Assembly (NCBI GenBank): GCA_013239625.1
Contig: MU054001.1
Location: forward strand, 3,946,167-4,010,166
Length of the DNA stretch: 64,000 nt
Direction: 5' to 3'
From: Lama guanicoe
Taxonomy: Eukaryota
In this document: positions 38,760 to 50,992 of the stretch, in pieces
Layout: every line of letters begins with the position of its first letter
Numbering within the stretch: the stretch's first letter is position 1
Program-made: the position numbers and the translations under genes
Notes under the pieces: generated by a model
Databases searched by the model: none
What the model was told of the DNA's origin: nothing
The model's input: only the letters and a program-made list of their open reading frames with translations

Positions 38760-39950
38760 GGATAGTGAACAGTTTTTAATACATTCAGCCACTCTGTGTC
38801 TTTGAACTGGGGACTTTAACCCATTTATGTTTAAAGTAACTATCAAAGGGAAAGGATTCACCATTGCTGTTTTGTTCACTGTTTTCTGTTCATCTTATAG
38901 TGCTTTGGCCCATCTTTTCTTCTCTTACTGCCCTCTTTCTGTTTTGTTGAATCTTTGTATTGGTATGCTTTTACTCCTTTCTCTTTTTCTTTTGTGTAGC
39001 TTCTCTGGGTATTTTCTTTGTGGTTACCATGGGGCTTACATAGAATAGCTCACAGTTATAAGAGTCTATTTTATGTTGCTGAAAACTTAAGTTTGTGGAT
39101 GGACCTAGAGATTATCATACTAAGTGAAGTAAGTCAGACAAAGACAAATATCATGTGATAGCACTTGTATGTGGAATCTAAAAAAAAAAAAAAGACACAA
39201 ATGAACTCATTTACAAACCAGAAATAAACTCACAGACATAGAAAACAAACTGTGGTTACCAAAGGGGTGGGGGGAGGAGGGATAAATTAGGAGTTCGGGA
39301 TTAACAGATACACACTACTATATCTAAAATAGATAAATAACGAGGACCTGCTTATGCAGGGGACTATATTCAATATCTTGTAATAACCTATAATAGAAAA
39401 GAATCTGAACAAGAATGTGTATATACATACATACACACATATATAGAAAACTGAATCACTTTGCTGTACACCTGAAACTAACACATTGTAAATTAACTAT
39501 ACTTCAATTAACAAAAAAACTGAAGCTCAATTGCACACAATAACTCAACACTTACTTCTCTCCCCAACACACTTTACATTTATGTCACAATTTACATCTG
39601 TTTATGTTGTGTATCTATGAATATAGATGCTAGTGATAGTTATTTTTAATACTTTGTCTTATAACTTTTGTCCTGGAATTAAAAGTGATTTACCCACTGC
39701 CATTATAGTATTCTGTATTTGCCTACATATTTACCTTGACCAATGAGTTTTATACTTTCTTATGCTATCATGTCACTGTTGAAAGACTCCCTTAAGCGTT
39801 TCTGGTAAGGCAGGTCTACAAGCCTCCCCCAGCTATTGTTTGTCTTCGAAGGACTTTATTCCTCTTTCATTTCTAAAGAACAGTTTTGCCGGATAGAGTA
39901 TTCTTGGTTGGCAGGTTTTTTTTTTTTCTCCTATCAGCACTTTTAAATAT
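38760..39950 (-). mobile_element. Old L1M fragment including the ORF2 endonuclease N-terminus, interrupted by a younger L1
   Basis: ORF 38670..38879(-) contains LIVTLNINGLKSPVQRHRVAECIK, homologous to the L1 ORF2p start (ITLNVNGLNSPIKRHRLAEWIK); strongly T-rich plus strand. Confidence 0.85.
39094..39515 (+). mobile_element. 5'-truncated L1 (cetartiodactyl-type 3' end)
   Basis: ggatggacctagagattatcatactaagtgaagtaagtcagac ... tgctgtacacctgaaactaacacattgtaaattaactatacttcaatt plus A-tail; degenerate TSD aaaacttaagtt / aaaactgaagct. Confidence 0.9.
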
Positions 39951-39964
39951 ATCAAGATTTCAAA

Positions 39965-40505
39965 GATCTATTAGCATCCTCATGTTCATTGCAGCACTAT
40001 TCACAATAGCCAACAGCAGAAACAACCAAAATTTCCCTCAGTCGATGACTGGATAAAGAAGATGCAGTAACTACACACAACTGAATAGTCTTCAGATTTA
40101 AAAAGAAGGAAATTCTGCCATATACAACAACACAGATGAACCGCATGGTTGAACATTATCACTAAGTGAAATAAGTTGGTCACAGAAGGACAAATACTGC
40201 ATGACTCCACTTATATGAGGCACTTAAAATAGGCAAATTCATAGAATCAAAGAGAGGAATGGTGTGGTCAGAGGCTGGGGGGAGGGGAAATGGGGAGTTG
40301 CTGATCAGTGACTCTAAATTTTGAGCAAAGCAAGACAAATAAACTATACAGATCCACTATACAGCACTGTACTGGTAGCCAATAAAAATGTATTACTGTA
40401 CACTTAAAAACTTATTAAGAGGGTAGATCTCATGTTAGGTGTTCTTAACACAACAAAATAAAAATTATAATAATTTGCTTAAAGCATAAATAAATAAATA
40501 AGAAG
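39965..40505 (+). mobile_element. L1MA/MB-type 3' end
   Basis: catgttcattgcagcactattcacaatagccaa ... gggtagatctcatgttaggtgttcttaacacaacaaaataaaa. Confidence 0.85.
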
Positions 40506-40854
40506 ACCCCCTTAAAAGCCCTGTTAGGTTGCAAGTAAAATTTAACATGTAAAAAGGAAGTCAAGAAAGTTGACTGGTTGGTATATCTGGGTGACTGGTT
40601 TAAGGGGACTCATTTCAACATTCTCTCTACTTTTTGTGCATGATTGAAATTTCCTATTAAGAATACTTTTTAAAGGGTTGGGGAGAAAAGCAAGAACTTG
40701 ACTTAGAATTCTCTTGGGAGAAGCAGCTGGGTCCAAGGCTCACCAGGCATCAGCGAGTCAGCCACCAGGGTCTTGTGATGTCAGGTTCCGAGAAAATGCT
40801 TTTTAGGCACAGAGATCATAGTAAAACAGGACGGGGCGAGATGCTGGGCGGCAC

Positions 40855-41060
40855 TGACATCATCCTAGGCACTTCATGCTTATTAACTCATTTAATCATC
40901 ACAACAACCATGAGGCAGACACTGCTATTTCTCCCTATTCTACAGATGAGGAAACTAAGGCCTAAAATGGTTAAGACATTTAACCAAGTGGCTAAGTAGC
41001 ATCAGCCGTGGGAGTCAAACCCAGGCCACAAGGTGTATGAGGCCAGGCTCTAACCACCAT
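40855..41060 (-). mobile_element. MIR SINE
   Basis: ttaactcatttaatcatcacaacaacc...ctattctacagatgaggaaactaaggc. Confidence 0.85.
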
Positions 41061-41129
41061 ACAAACTGCCACTGCATGTCAGCCCAGAGCACATCGCAGC
41101 CCAGCAGGTCAGATACAGAAACAACCAAA

Positions 41130-41345
41130 CTGTGGGTAAAAGCTGTAGCATTACTGTAGCTTTGGGACAGATTTCATTGTAATTTCAGTGATAAATTGAC
41201 AGCTATGATATCTGCTGGTAGGGTCGCCGACCTGTCATTTTAAATGTGTACTCTCAATCCTACTTGTTTATGGGGACTCCACTTGAAATTAGCATTTAAA
41301 TCTTTAAGAGAAATTGGCTCCTCTATTAGACACGTAAGTTGAATG
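41130..41345. promoter_or_regulatory. Candidate developmental enhancer (PBX-HOX and MEIS motifs)
   Basis: TGATAAAT 41189-41196 directly followed by TGACAG 41197-41202, second MEIS site CTGTCA 41232-41237, TTTATGG 41267-41273; AT-rich, not recognisable as a repeat. Confidence 0.45.
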
Positions 41346-41869
41346 AACTGAGCAAAAAACGTACGAATACGCATGGGCGCACTCTCCATGCACAGAAGTC
41401 AGCTGGACATTAGGGAATCCCATCAGGACTAGCCCATCACCCACACGGGGCCTGCTTTATTCACTACATGCCTGAGTTGGCCACCCTGACCTGAGGAAAT
41501 TTGCTCCATTGGACCCTACAGGACTGCCTCCACTGACTCAGCTTTGGGCTTCGTCACATGATACACTCCAGCAGAAGCAAGTCATGTCTCTCAGGGACTC
41601 TCAAGTTCTTTCAGATCCATCCAGATATATGTAAATTGCAGGACAATTTTTCCATTAATCTCTAGTTTAGATTCAGCCAGAGGATTAAAGTTATCTTGAT
41701 ATTCAAGATAATGCTTTTTCCTCCCTAAGTAATACAATGTTAGGTTGCATTATTAGAAGTATTACATCTATATCATTGGAGGTGATGATTCTACCATTGC
41801 TAGAATAGGATGGACTTTGCCTAGAAAATGAAGTTTCACATATAAAGACATGGGTACATGTCTTGAAAT

Positions 41870-42025
41870 GCAGAGTGGCCTGAGTGCCAGCAGCCTCCAC
41901 ATAGCCTGGGAAGTTGTTAAGACACGCAGAGTCTCAGGCCCTACACCACCTACTAGGTCAGAATCTGCATTTTCACCTGATCCTCATTCAATTTGTATGC
42001 ACGATCAAGTTCAAGAAGCCTTAGT
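41870..42025. mobile_element. hAT-Charlie MITE (MER5A-like)
   Basis: cctgggaagttgttaagacacgcagagtctcaggccctacaccacctact...tcagaatctgcatttt. Confidence 0.75.
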
Positions 42026-42064
42026 CTAAGGATAACCAGAAAGATGAATACATAATTAGATATG

Positions 42065-42250
42065 ATATTTACTTACTTAGCATGTATCAAGCCCTGTTTT
42101 AAGTCCTTTACGTATGTTAACTCATGTAATCCTCACTAGAATCTGAGGCAGGGACTATCACAATCCCCATTTTATAGATAAAGAAACTAAGGCTCAGAGA
42201 GGCTAAGTAACCTACTCCAGAGCACATAGCTTCAGGGTGGTAGAGGTGAC
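42065..42250 (-). mobile_element. MIR SINE
   Basis: atccccattttatagataaagaaactaaggctcagagaggctaagtaacc. Confidence 0.8.
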
Positions 42251-44519
42251 ATAGCACAATGGTGAAGAGGTGGAAACTCAAGCTGAGGACCCCAGATGAC
42301 CTGCAGGAAATGGTGGGAGAGGGAGAGGCTGGCTTCCTCCCTCCAGCAGAGGAAGAGGGTCCATTCTGGGTGCCTCTTGAGGGCAGAGCAGAACACTTGG
42401 CAGAAAGGGCCCTTATACTCTATTCCTTTAGGAGCTGGAGCCCTCCCACAAAGGAAGAGGCCACTCAGGGTGGTGAGCTCCCTGTCACAGGGAGGAATTC
42501 AAGCAGAGGCTGTGTGGCCTTCTGTATGGGATGTACTGGAGAGGATACCTACTCCATGAAGGCGACAAGCTTGATAACTTGGCCTTTCCTCTTTAACCCC
42601 AAGGCCAGGGAGATGTTTCCTACATCCACTGAGGGACTAGAAGGTGGGTGTGCTCTCCTTCCCCACCCAGGCTGTGGATGGCGACTGTCCATGGGAGCCC
42701 AGGAAGTCTCTGTGCCCTTATGAGTCCGAGTAGACGGGGCCTACTGTTAACCCTCTGGCCCAAGCACCTTCCTCCTCCTGGCTCCCAGACATGTGGTCCT
42801 CAGGGAGCAGGTAGGCCCAACTGACCCCTGGCCGGGGACAGGCCGGGTGGTGGGGAGACGCCCCTCCCTGGCCCTGAATGCCTCTGTGGCTCAGTGATTT
42901 GAGCTTTCACACAGGGAAAGAAGCCCCCATTCACTGACCCCCGGGCCAGGGCTTTGGCTAGGCAGACCCCACTCTCTGGCATCCTCAAGGAACTGCAGTT
43001 TGTTCTCGGCCTGCAGAACACGGTGAACGTGTTAAACCCGGATGGGAACCTGTCATCTAATATGTCAGACCATGGAAATCTTTCCAAGGGACACAGACCT
43101 GGCCTGGAGGCACCACTGCCGAGGCTCAGAGCCTGACCTCCGAAGTTGAAGGTGCATCTCCACGTGTGAACAGACCCATTCTGTGCCTCACATTCCGGAA
43201 CAGGAAGAGAGTAGCGGTACCGATCTCACAAAACACGCTTAGAACAGTGCGGGGCACACGGTCAACACTGCGTTGAAAAACACACACAAAACGTGGACCA
43301 GAACATCCTCGCGATATAAAGGAAGGGGAGCTTTACTGGGTACGCTGGCTAAGTAGCATACTCGATGAAATGCTGAACAAAAGCACTCTGCATGTCTGGG
43401 CACGCGCAAGGCTCCAGATAAATGGCGGCTGTTCTCACTGTGAATTCTGCTGCTATCATTTTTACTACTATTATCAGATTCTAAGGAGAGAAGAGAAAAA
43501 AATCGACATGGTCCACCCTGTGCAGCCCAGGGGGCTGAGGTACAGAGAGGAAGGATGTGAGGCTCCGGCGGCTGAAGAGGGCAGCGCAGGAGGAGGGAAG
43601 GCCCAGCCTGGGTAAAAGCTGGCCGGCGGGATCCTGGAGGCAGCAAGTCCTCTGCAGAGCCAGCTCCTCGGGCCTTAGAAGTCGGGCCAGCTTTCAGTTC
43701 CCGGCATTCCGGCCCCAAGTCCCCCGTTGGGCCAGCTGCCCAGGGCGCTCAGATTCTTCCAGGGCCTGGGATGTGCTTCCAAAACAGCCTCATCTCAGAC
43801 TTAGGCCCAGAATTCCTTGGCCAGCGGGGACCTCATTTCCACGAGGCTGACACGGCCCAGCTGCTGGGGCGCCTGCTCCCGCACCCCCATTAAGGTCCCA
43901 CCAGCTCCTGCGTGGATGAGCCTGGAATTTCCAGTGCCCTGCCTCAACTACATGCTTGACACAAACACCAGTGATGGACTTTGGCCACCTCTCTTGGCCC
44001 CTCAGTGCCTCTACAGTGGCAGGCCCCCCATGGTCAAAGTCAGAATCTAAAGACAGGTTTCCCCACCCTGGAACAAAATCCCATGAAAGGTCAAGTTAAA
44101 AGGAAAAAGAAACAAAGAGGAACCCCCTCTGTTCTCCAGAGCAGCACATCCTGAATCTAGCATCGTCCTTGATTCTTCAAGGGAGCCAGGGAAACTGCCA
44201 CCGCCATGCCCCTCAGTAGGTGCCTTCATCAGGAGGCTCTGTGCACCCAGGCCCACATCTGGGACCTCAGTCTGGGTGTCTGGGACTGGTCACCATCTAC
44301 AGATGAGAGCCCAGAGCTCTTGGGGCACAGGTGCTGCACAAGGGGGCTGGGGTGTCATGAGGCCCCTTCCATCCACAGGCAGGGAGAGATGGGTTCAGCG
44401 GGGGCCATCCTAGGTGGTCACTCATTCATCCATGGAGGCCAAAGATGAGAAACCAACCAGCCCCAGTAGCTACCAATTCCCATGTGCCTGTGACCTAGGG
44501 TCACTTCTAAACTGGCTGA

Positions 44520-44720
44520 TAATTATAATCAGTGCAGACATTCACCAGGTGCTTACTCTGTGCCAGGCATTGTGCCACATGCTTTCTATTTATCTTCTTT
44601 TTAAACCCTTGAAACATCCCCTCTATTATGCCCATTTTATAGGTGAGAAAACTGAGACAGGCTGAATAATGACAAAAGTCACACATTCGGAGAGTGGCCA
44701 CTCCAGAGCCTGTGGGCAGG
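44520..44720 (-). mobile_element. MIR SINE
   Basis: gcttactctgtgccaggcattgtg...cccattttataggtgagaaaactgagac. Confidence 0.75.
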
Positions 44721-44759
44721 AAAAAGACCCCTCAGCCCAGCTGTGGCAGGCTGACTGCA

Positions 44760-45210
44760 TTAACAACCCTGATCTGTTCACATCCCCCTGCACCCCTGCC
44801 TCTGGTGGTGTCCTGACTTGGAGCTTAGCCGTGTGACTTGCTCTGGCCAATGGGACTGTAGCAAATGTGATACAAGCAGAGCCTTGATAAGGCACTTGGA
44901 GTTTCCACTTCCTCTCTTAGATGCTGGTCACCATAATGAGAAATGTCTGGGCTGGAGTGCTGGAGGAATGTGACATGCACCTGAAGGAGAGTCAACTGGT
45001 CCCAGCCAATTCTTTTCTAGACCAGGCAGCTGCCAGTCCAGTCGACCGGCCAACTGTCCTCTGAGTAAGCCCAACCTGGATCAGCCCAGCCCTACTCAGA
45101 TCAATAAAGCTGCTCCAACCAATCTACTGATGTGAGAGGAATACCTAATGGTTGTTTTAAGTCACTAAGTCTCAGGGTGGTTTGTTACGCAGCCATAGCT
45201 CACCATATAC
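44760..45210 (+). mobile_element. MaLR solo LTR (MLT1-type)
   Basis: gtgtgacttgctctggccaatgggactgtagcaaatgtga and 3' end gttgttttaagtcactaagt...gtttgttacgcagccatagct. Confidence 0.8.
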
Positions 45211-45579
45211 ACACACACACATATATATTCTGTCACTGCCTATTCTTTTTTGACATAGGAAAAAACCTCCTGAGATGAACAAAGTAGCAGTGAGACTATT
45301 TTGAACAAGAAACCCATTTAAATCAAGGGGTTGATGCTGGATGAGAGATTGTCAATGAGTTTCTGTATTTAAATGAGTCTTTGAATCCGAGAACTTTTGA
45401 CAACACCCCTGAAGGGATCAGGCCACATCTGCATCCATGACCCTCGTTTCTCCATCACACCTGTGCACTGTGTCCCCTAAGTGGAACCACGTACTGCCCC
45501 GCCCATGTTCTCCCATACTTCAGAGACAACGTGCCAAGGGATGCATTCTCCCATGCAAGCAGACATCAAAATACACCTC

Positions 45580-46150
45580 TGGGTTGGCTATCTGTTGTAT
45601 AACAAACCACCCCAAACTTAGTGGCTTAAAATTGCCACTTCTTTATCTCTCACGATGCTGTGGGTTGACTGGGCTCAGCCAGGCAGCTCTGCTGGTTGCT
45701 CCTGAGTCTCTCGTGTGGTTGCCAGCAGATGGAAGCTGGGGATGCCATCTCATCAGCAGCTCACCTGGGCTGGATGGAGCAGGAAAAATGGTTCACTCCA
45801 TGCCTGGTCCCTTGGCAGGCATGCCTGGAGGGCCAGGATCAGCTGAGGCACTGGGATAGCCAGGCTTCCCTCTTTTGCTCCATTCTGTCTCCAAGCCTCA
45901 CTCTCTCCACTTGACCTCTCCATGTGGTTTCTACAGCCGGGCCGCTGGACTTCTCATCGGGCAGCTCGGGGCTCTCAAAAGCACAAGAGTGGAAGCTGCC
46001 AGGCCTTCCTGGGTGTTCCTTCCAGTGACTTCTACTGAGTAAAGCACTTACAGGGCCTGCCCAGATTCAAGGTCGGGGAATAAACTCTGCCTCTCAGTGG
46101 GGTGTGTGGGGGCTGGAGTGGCAGAGAAGTTGCAGTCACTGTAGCCCACC
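45580..46150 (-). mobile_element. MaLR solo LTR (MLT1-type)
   Basis: Begins gctatctgttgtataacaaaccaccccaaacttagtggcttaaaa, the reverse of the MLT1 3' end. Confidence 0.8.
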
Positions 46151-47269
46151 ACAATCTCCTGCCTCCTAGACACGCCCCCTCGGCCCCACACCCAGGTCGG
46201 CAGCAGCACACACCCTGCAGTGAAGTGGCCACGCAAACGTGCGCCCCCACCAGAACCACAGCCAGGTCTGGGATGAACACCAAGGCGAAGGCAGCGGGCT
46301 CTGGACCCCAGAGTCCTTGCTGGGTCACTGGAGACCCCCAAGGCCCCAACCAAGGAATTGTGAGATGACCCTGGAATGGTGTCGTTCCCATGGCTGCACA
46401 CACACACAGCGACGCCTGGAAGGTGTGAGGCCACCATGTTCTTTGCAAAGACCTCAGTCAAGAAATAGGCATCTGCAACACTTAGCCTCCCTTGGGCCTG
46501 AGAACAGAAAAGAATCTCATCTTGGTGAGAGCTCCAGGCAGAGGCCTGAGGGACTGTGGTGGGGAGAGCGGCCCAGGGAGAGCCCTTAATCGTTTAACTA
46601 AAATCACATTCGAGGCGTAATTAGCAGACAGCTCCAAATTCATGATCTGAGGCCCATCAGCTCGAATGGACTAATTAGTTGAGACATCCTTGGGCAGGCA
46701 ATGCACTCTGGCCTTCTCAGAAATATCCCAGGGAACTCAGCAGATCAAGGCTGGCATCTGGTCCCCGAGCTGACTTACTCTGGCTGGGCAGAGACAAGTG
46801 CATGACTGGGCGAGAAATGCACCGTAGAGCACACACAGCTCAGGGCAGTCAGCTGGGCCGTCTCCCCACACCCACGATTCCACCCTCCCCAGGTCCCACT
46901 CCTCCAGCCTTGCAGATTCATAGAGACTGAGAGCTGTTGCAAAACTGCCCAGCATCATCCTGGATCAGAAAAACAAGTCACCAGCTCTGTGGAGGCCAAC
47001 AAAATACCCAGAGCCACAGACCCACCACAGACGCAACACCAAGAGCAGGCACCGGCTATTCAGCCAGCTCGCTCAATCCAAGTTGCCTCTGAGGAAGTGG
47101 CAGGGGCCCCATACAGCAAAGAGGACTCGAAATCTCGATAGAGAGCTTGGGAAACTGGTCCCCAAATTGAAGGAACACCAAGTTATACTAAAACCCCATG
47201 TTCAAGATTCACGACACACCTTAGCACAACAAAAGCTCCGAGAAGTCCTGCAGTAAAGAAACTTGTTTA

Positions 47270-47780
47270 GAATATGACTCAGCCACAAAAAAGAATGAGA
47301 TAATGCCATTTGCAGCAACGTGGATGGACCCAGAGATTATCATGCTAAGTGAAGTAAGTCAGACAGAGAAAGACAAGTATCACATGATATCACTTAGATG
47401 TGGAATCTAGAAAAATGAGACAAATGAACCTATCCACAAAACAGAAACAGACCCGCAGACATCCAAAACAAACTTATGGTCACCAAAGGGGAAAGGGAGA
47501 GAGGGATAAATCAGGAGTTTGGGAATAGCAGATACAAACTACTATATATAAAATAAACAAGGTCCTACAGTATAGCACAGGAACTATATTCAACGTCTTG
47601 TAATAACCTATAATGAAAAAGAATGAATTTATATATATATATATTATATATATAATATGAATTTATATATATTATATATATTAATATTATATATATATAA
47701 CTGAATCACTATGCTGTACACCAAAAACTAACACATTATACACCATTATAAATCAAATACACTTCAAAAAATTTTTTAAA
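47270..47780 (+). mobile_element. 5'-truncated L1 with perfect 15-bp TSD
   Basis: L1 ORF2 end/3' UTR (gccatttgcagcaacgtggatggacccagagattatcatgctaagtgaagtaagtcag); TSD aaagaaacttgttta at 47255-47269 and 47781-47795; internal (AT)n tract. Confidence 0.95.
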
Positions 47781-49334
47781 AAAGAAACTTGTTTAATTGG
47801 TTGCTGTATCTATTGTTTCCCAAACTTATTTTAGCACTGGATCTTTACTCTCCCAGAATCCCTAATGGGATACTGTATTTGGGAAATACTGTCCTAGAGA
47901 AAGCAGGACATGAGCATAGGACAGATGTCACAGCCACAATCCTACAAGAACTCAGTTATTCAAATAAGTGAAGTGGTCCAGGCTTAGTATTTCCATAGGA
48001 AACACATAGAAACTCTCATCTCCATGAAGAAATACACTCTCTCTCTTTTTTTCTTAAAACAAAGAACCATCTTGGTTCATCTTTCCACCTGATCTTTGAT
48101 AGAAATTTGTTTCCTATGAGAGAAATAGAAATATTTATTGAAAAGAAACACATCTCTATAGGAAAACATAAGCAAGAGCAGCGATCAAGGGTAACAGAGA
48201 GAGAAATGGGATTTGTGGGCACTGCGGGGGTTTCCATACACAGCAACAGCTGAACGTCGCCAAGCCAAGAAGTTGACACCAACATCACCACATCACTGTT
48301 TTGTGCACCTGTAACTTACATACAAGTATACCTTCATTTTTGAAAAATGAAAAACTTAAAAAGAAGTCAGAAATCTGGACTTCTAAGGGAAATCCCCTGT
48401 TTTTAAATGTTGGTTCTATTTTTCGTGTGGTTGTTGAGTGGGTCAAATACAACATTCCTGGGATCTAGATTTAGGCCACCAATTTGCAATCTCTGCCAAA
48501 AGGAAGAGAGGAAAACACTCATTAACCTGGTGCTATCCCCTGTTTCCGAAGCCTCCTGGCCAGCCTCTCCTTGGGAAGCAGAGCTGTAGGGTCAGTGTGT
48601 CCTCGCCATCTTGGGTGCTGGCTCTTGCATTCACCTGGCATGTGTACATTTCCTGCATGTACCTGCAGTGAAGGCCTCACAAGGATGCAGGCTTTGCCTT
48701 TGCAAAGGCTCCACTCAGAACCCTGGGCCCTCCCCTCTGCTTGGGCTCACCCTAGCACATGCAGAAAAGGGGTCAGCTAGAAGCCCAGCCCACGGTGGGA
48801 GCACAGAGTGGACAGGACAGGCCACCCAAGGGACCCATCAAGGCGTCATAACACCAAGGTCCCTTCTAGAAATGGGGTCTGTTCTCAAGACAAAAATAAA
48901 AACAAAAAACCCATCTGGAAAGACTTACAAAGGAAGGGAAGAGGTATCCCGACAGCAGTAACCAGATACAACCGATCCTGCAGCCAGATCAGCTCCCAAG
49001 CTGCCCAGGAGGACCCAGGCCTGCAGGACGCCTCCTAGGCATTTTCTGAACCATGAAGGAAAGGCTATTGGCCTCACACATTTCTCATAATTGGACAGTC
49101 ACAGCACTGTAAGAAATGCACACATCATGGGCATCCAATTGGAGCATGAGTGTCAGTCTCTCAAGCACTAGCAGCCCCCCAGGGGCAACACCACTCCACA
49201 TGAGAAAAGAGGCAGAAACTTCTGGAGCACAGAGCTAGACACGAGAAAGTCAGCAGAAAAGGAGGCCCAGGCCCCCAGAGCCCCCTGCAAAGGGCACAGG
49301 ACTCAAGCTGGGGCAATGGCAGAGATAGACACTT

Positions 49335-49725
49335 GTGCCCAAAGATTTATATTCCCCCTTCTACAGTGCGGGGTTGTCTGGGAGGTGGCTGCCTAGAGGG
49401 GACTACACTTTCCAGCATCCTTTGTACCACAGGACCTCATGATTACACACTGTGTGCCATATCACGGCCAGGGATCTTAAGCAGTGGGTAGAGTTTTCCA
49501 CTCTCTCATTCCCTGTTGCCAGCTGGAAGCAGAGGACTCAGAGAAGCAGATGAATGAGCCACAAGATGGAAGGAACCTGGGCCACTAAATCACCAATGAG
49601 TGAGAGTCACCTCCCAACCCAGATACCTGTTTTTCACTGGTACGTGAGTGATAAATAAAATTCTTATGTGTTAAGCCACTGTAATATCAAGGTTTACATT
49701 TTTGCTACAACAACTAGGGTTATCC
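49335..49725 (+). mobile_element. ERVL solo LTR (LTR16-like)
   Basis: gactacactttccagcatcctttg, gagccacaagatggaaggaacctggg and aaataaaattcttatgtgttaagccactg. Confidence 0.7.
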
Positions 49726-50811
49726 CATTTACAACAGCAGAAGAAAGAAAAAAAAAATACCATGGACTGAGAAAAGAGATCCTCACCAGGATCAAGGCTC
49801 AAGGCAAAAGCAATACAGGAAAAAACCCCTTGCTACGTCAGATCTGCCATCACTTCCTACATGCAGCCTTCCTGAAAGCCCCCAAGTAAAACTCAAACTT
49901 TAGACCGCTAGGTGCTTAATTATGCCTACTACCTTGAAGAATGCCTTATGAAAACTTATTCTGGAAAAAAAAATAGTTACTTACCGAGTGTATTCTGCCC
50001 ACCCACCCAATGACCTGCCCGACTACCCTAAGAGGAGGTATTCTACTATCCCCATAGACAAGTGAGGACCACTGGGTCAGGAAACTCAGTGACTGGTCCA
50101 AGGTCAAGCAGCCAGGAGAGGCAGAGCTGGGTTTTGATCTAAGCCCGCGTTCCTTCCATCAGCCCCTCCCGCTCTGGAATATTTCACACCTTTTCCCACA
50201 AATCACTTCCTGCACCTCCCACTACACTGGGTACCTCCTAAAGGAGGTGCTGAGGTTGTCCCTCATGCAGTCTCACGGTGCCCTGGGGGGACCTCTCAAC
50301 ACTCACTGCAGGGAGTCATGTGCCAACCTACAGCCGCTCTCCTGCCACATTCTGCTGTCTCCTGGGCTTACCTGGGAGTCTCGCATCCAAATCCAGCACT
50401 CTGGCCCAGCTCTCTGGACAATCTTATTAGTCACTGGTTACAGATATTTAAACCAGGCACTACAATCCCTGGAGGTCTGCGTCTTCTTTGCTGCCTGGGG
50501 TAGGGGAGCAGGGTGAGAGGTCAGATGCCTTCATGTGATCTGACATGGGGGTAGGGAACACTGCTCCTCCCAGCTGTTCTGGGGCCTGCTCAGTAGTACA
50601 CACATCTGCCAGCCACCGAGCATCCATTTATCCAGGGCCTGCACAGGGCCTTGGGGGCAGTGAGGGCAAATGATCACATAGTTCCAACTTTGAACAAAAG
50701 GCAGGAATAACCTGAGAAGCCCATCTCAGGAGCTCAGAATCTAGAAGTCAGAGGTGGGCTCGGTGGGAGCTCTGCAGCCAAGTGGAGCCCACAAGCCCCC
50801 CACAGCAGGAA

Positions 50812-50992
50812 GGCACTACTGAGGCCAGATCTTTGTTGTTGTGGGGCTGTCCTGTGCGCTGCAAAGTGTTTAGCAGCACCCCTGGCCTCTATCCACCAGG
50901 TGCCAGTAGCAACACCCACCCAATTTGTGACAATCAAGAATGTCTCCAGATGTTGCCAAATGTCCCCTGACCCCACTCAGAAACCCCACTCT
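50812..50992. mobile_element. MER20 hAT-Charlie element
   Basis: ggggctgtcctgtgcgctgcaaagtgtttagcagcacccctggcctctatccaccaggtgccagtagc...tgtctccagatgttgccaaatgtcccctg. Confidence 0.9.

Noticed and set aside
38760..40505. Single L1 with a twin-priming 5' inversion
   Set aside because: The inverted part ends at the ORF2 start while the forward part begins near the ORF2 end, kilobases apart in L1 coordinates. Independent insertions are more parsimonious.
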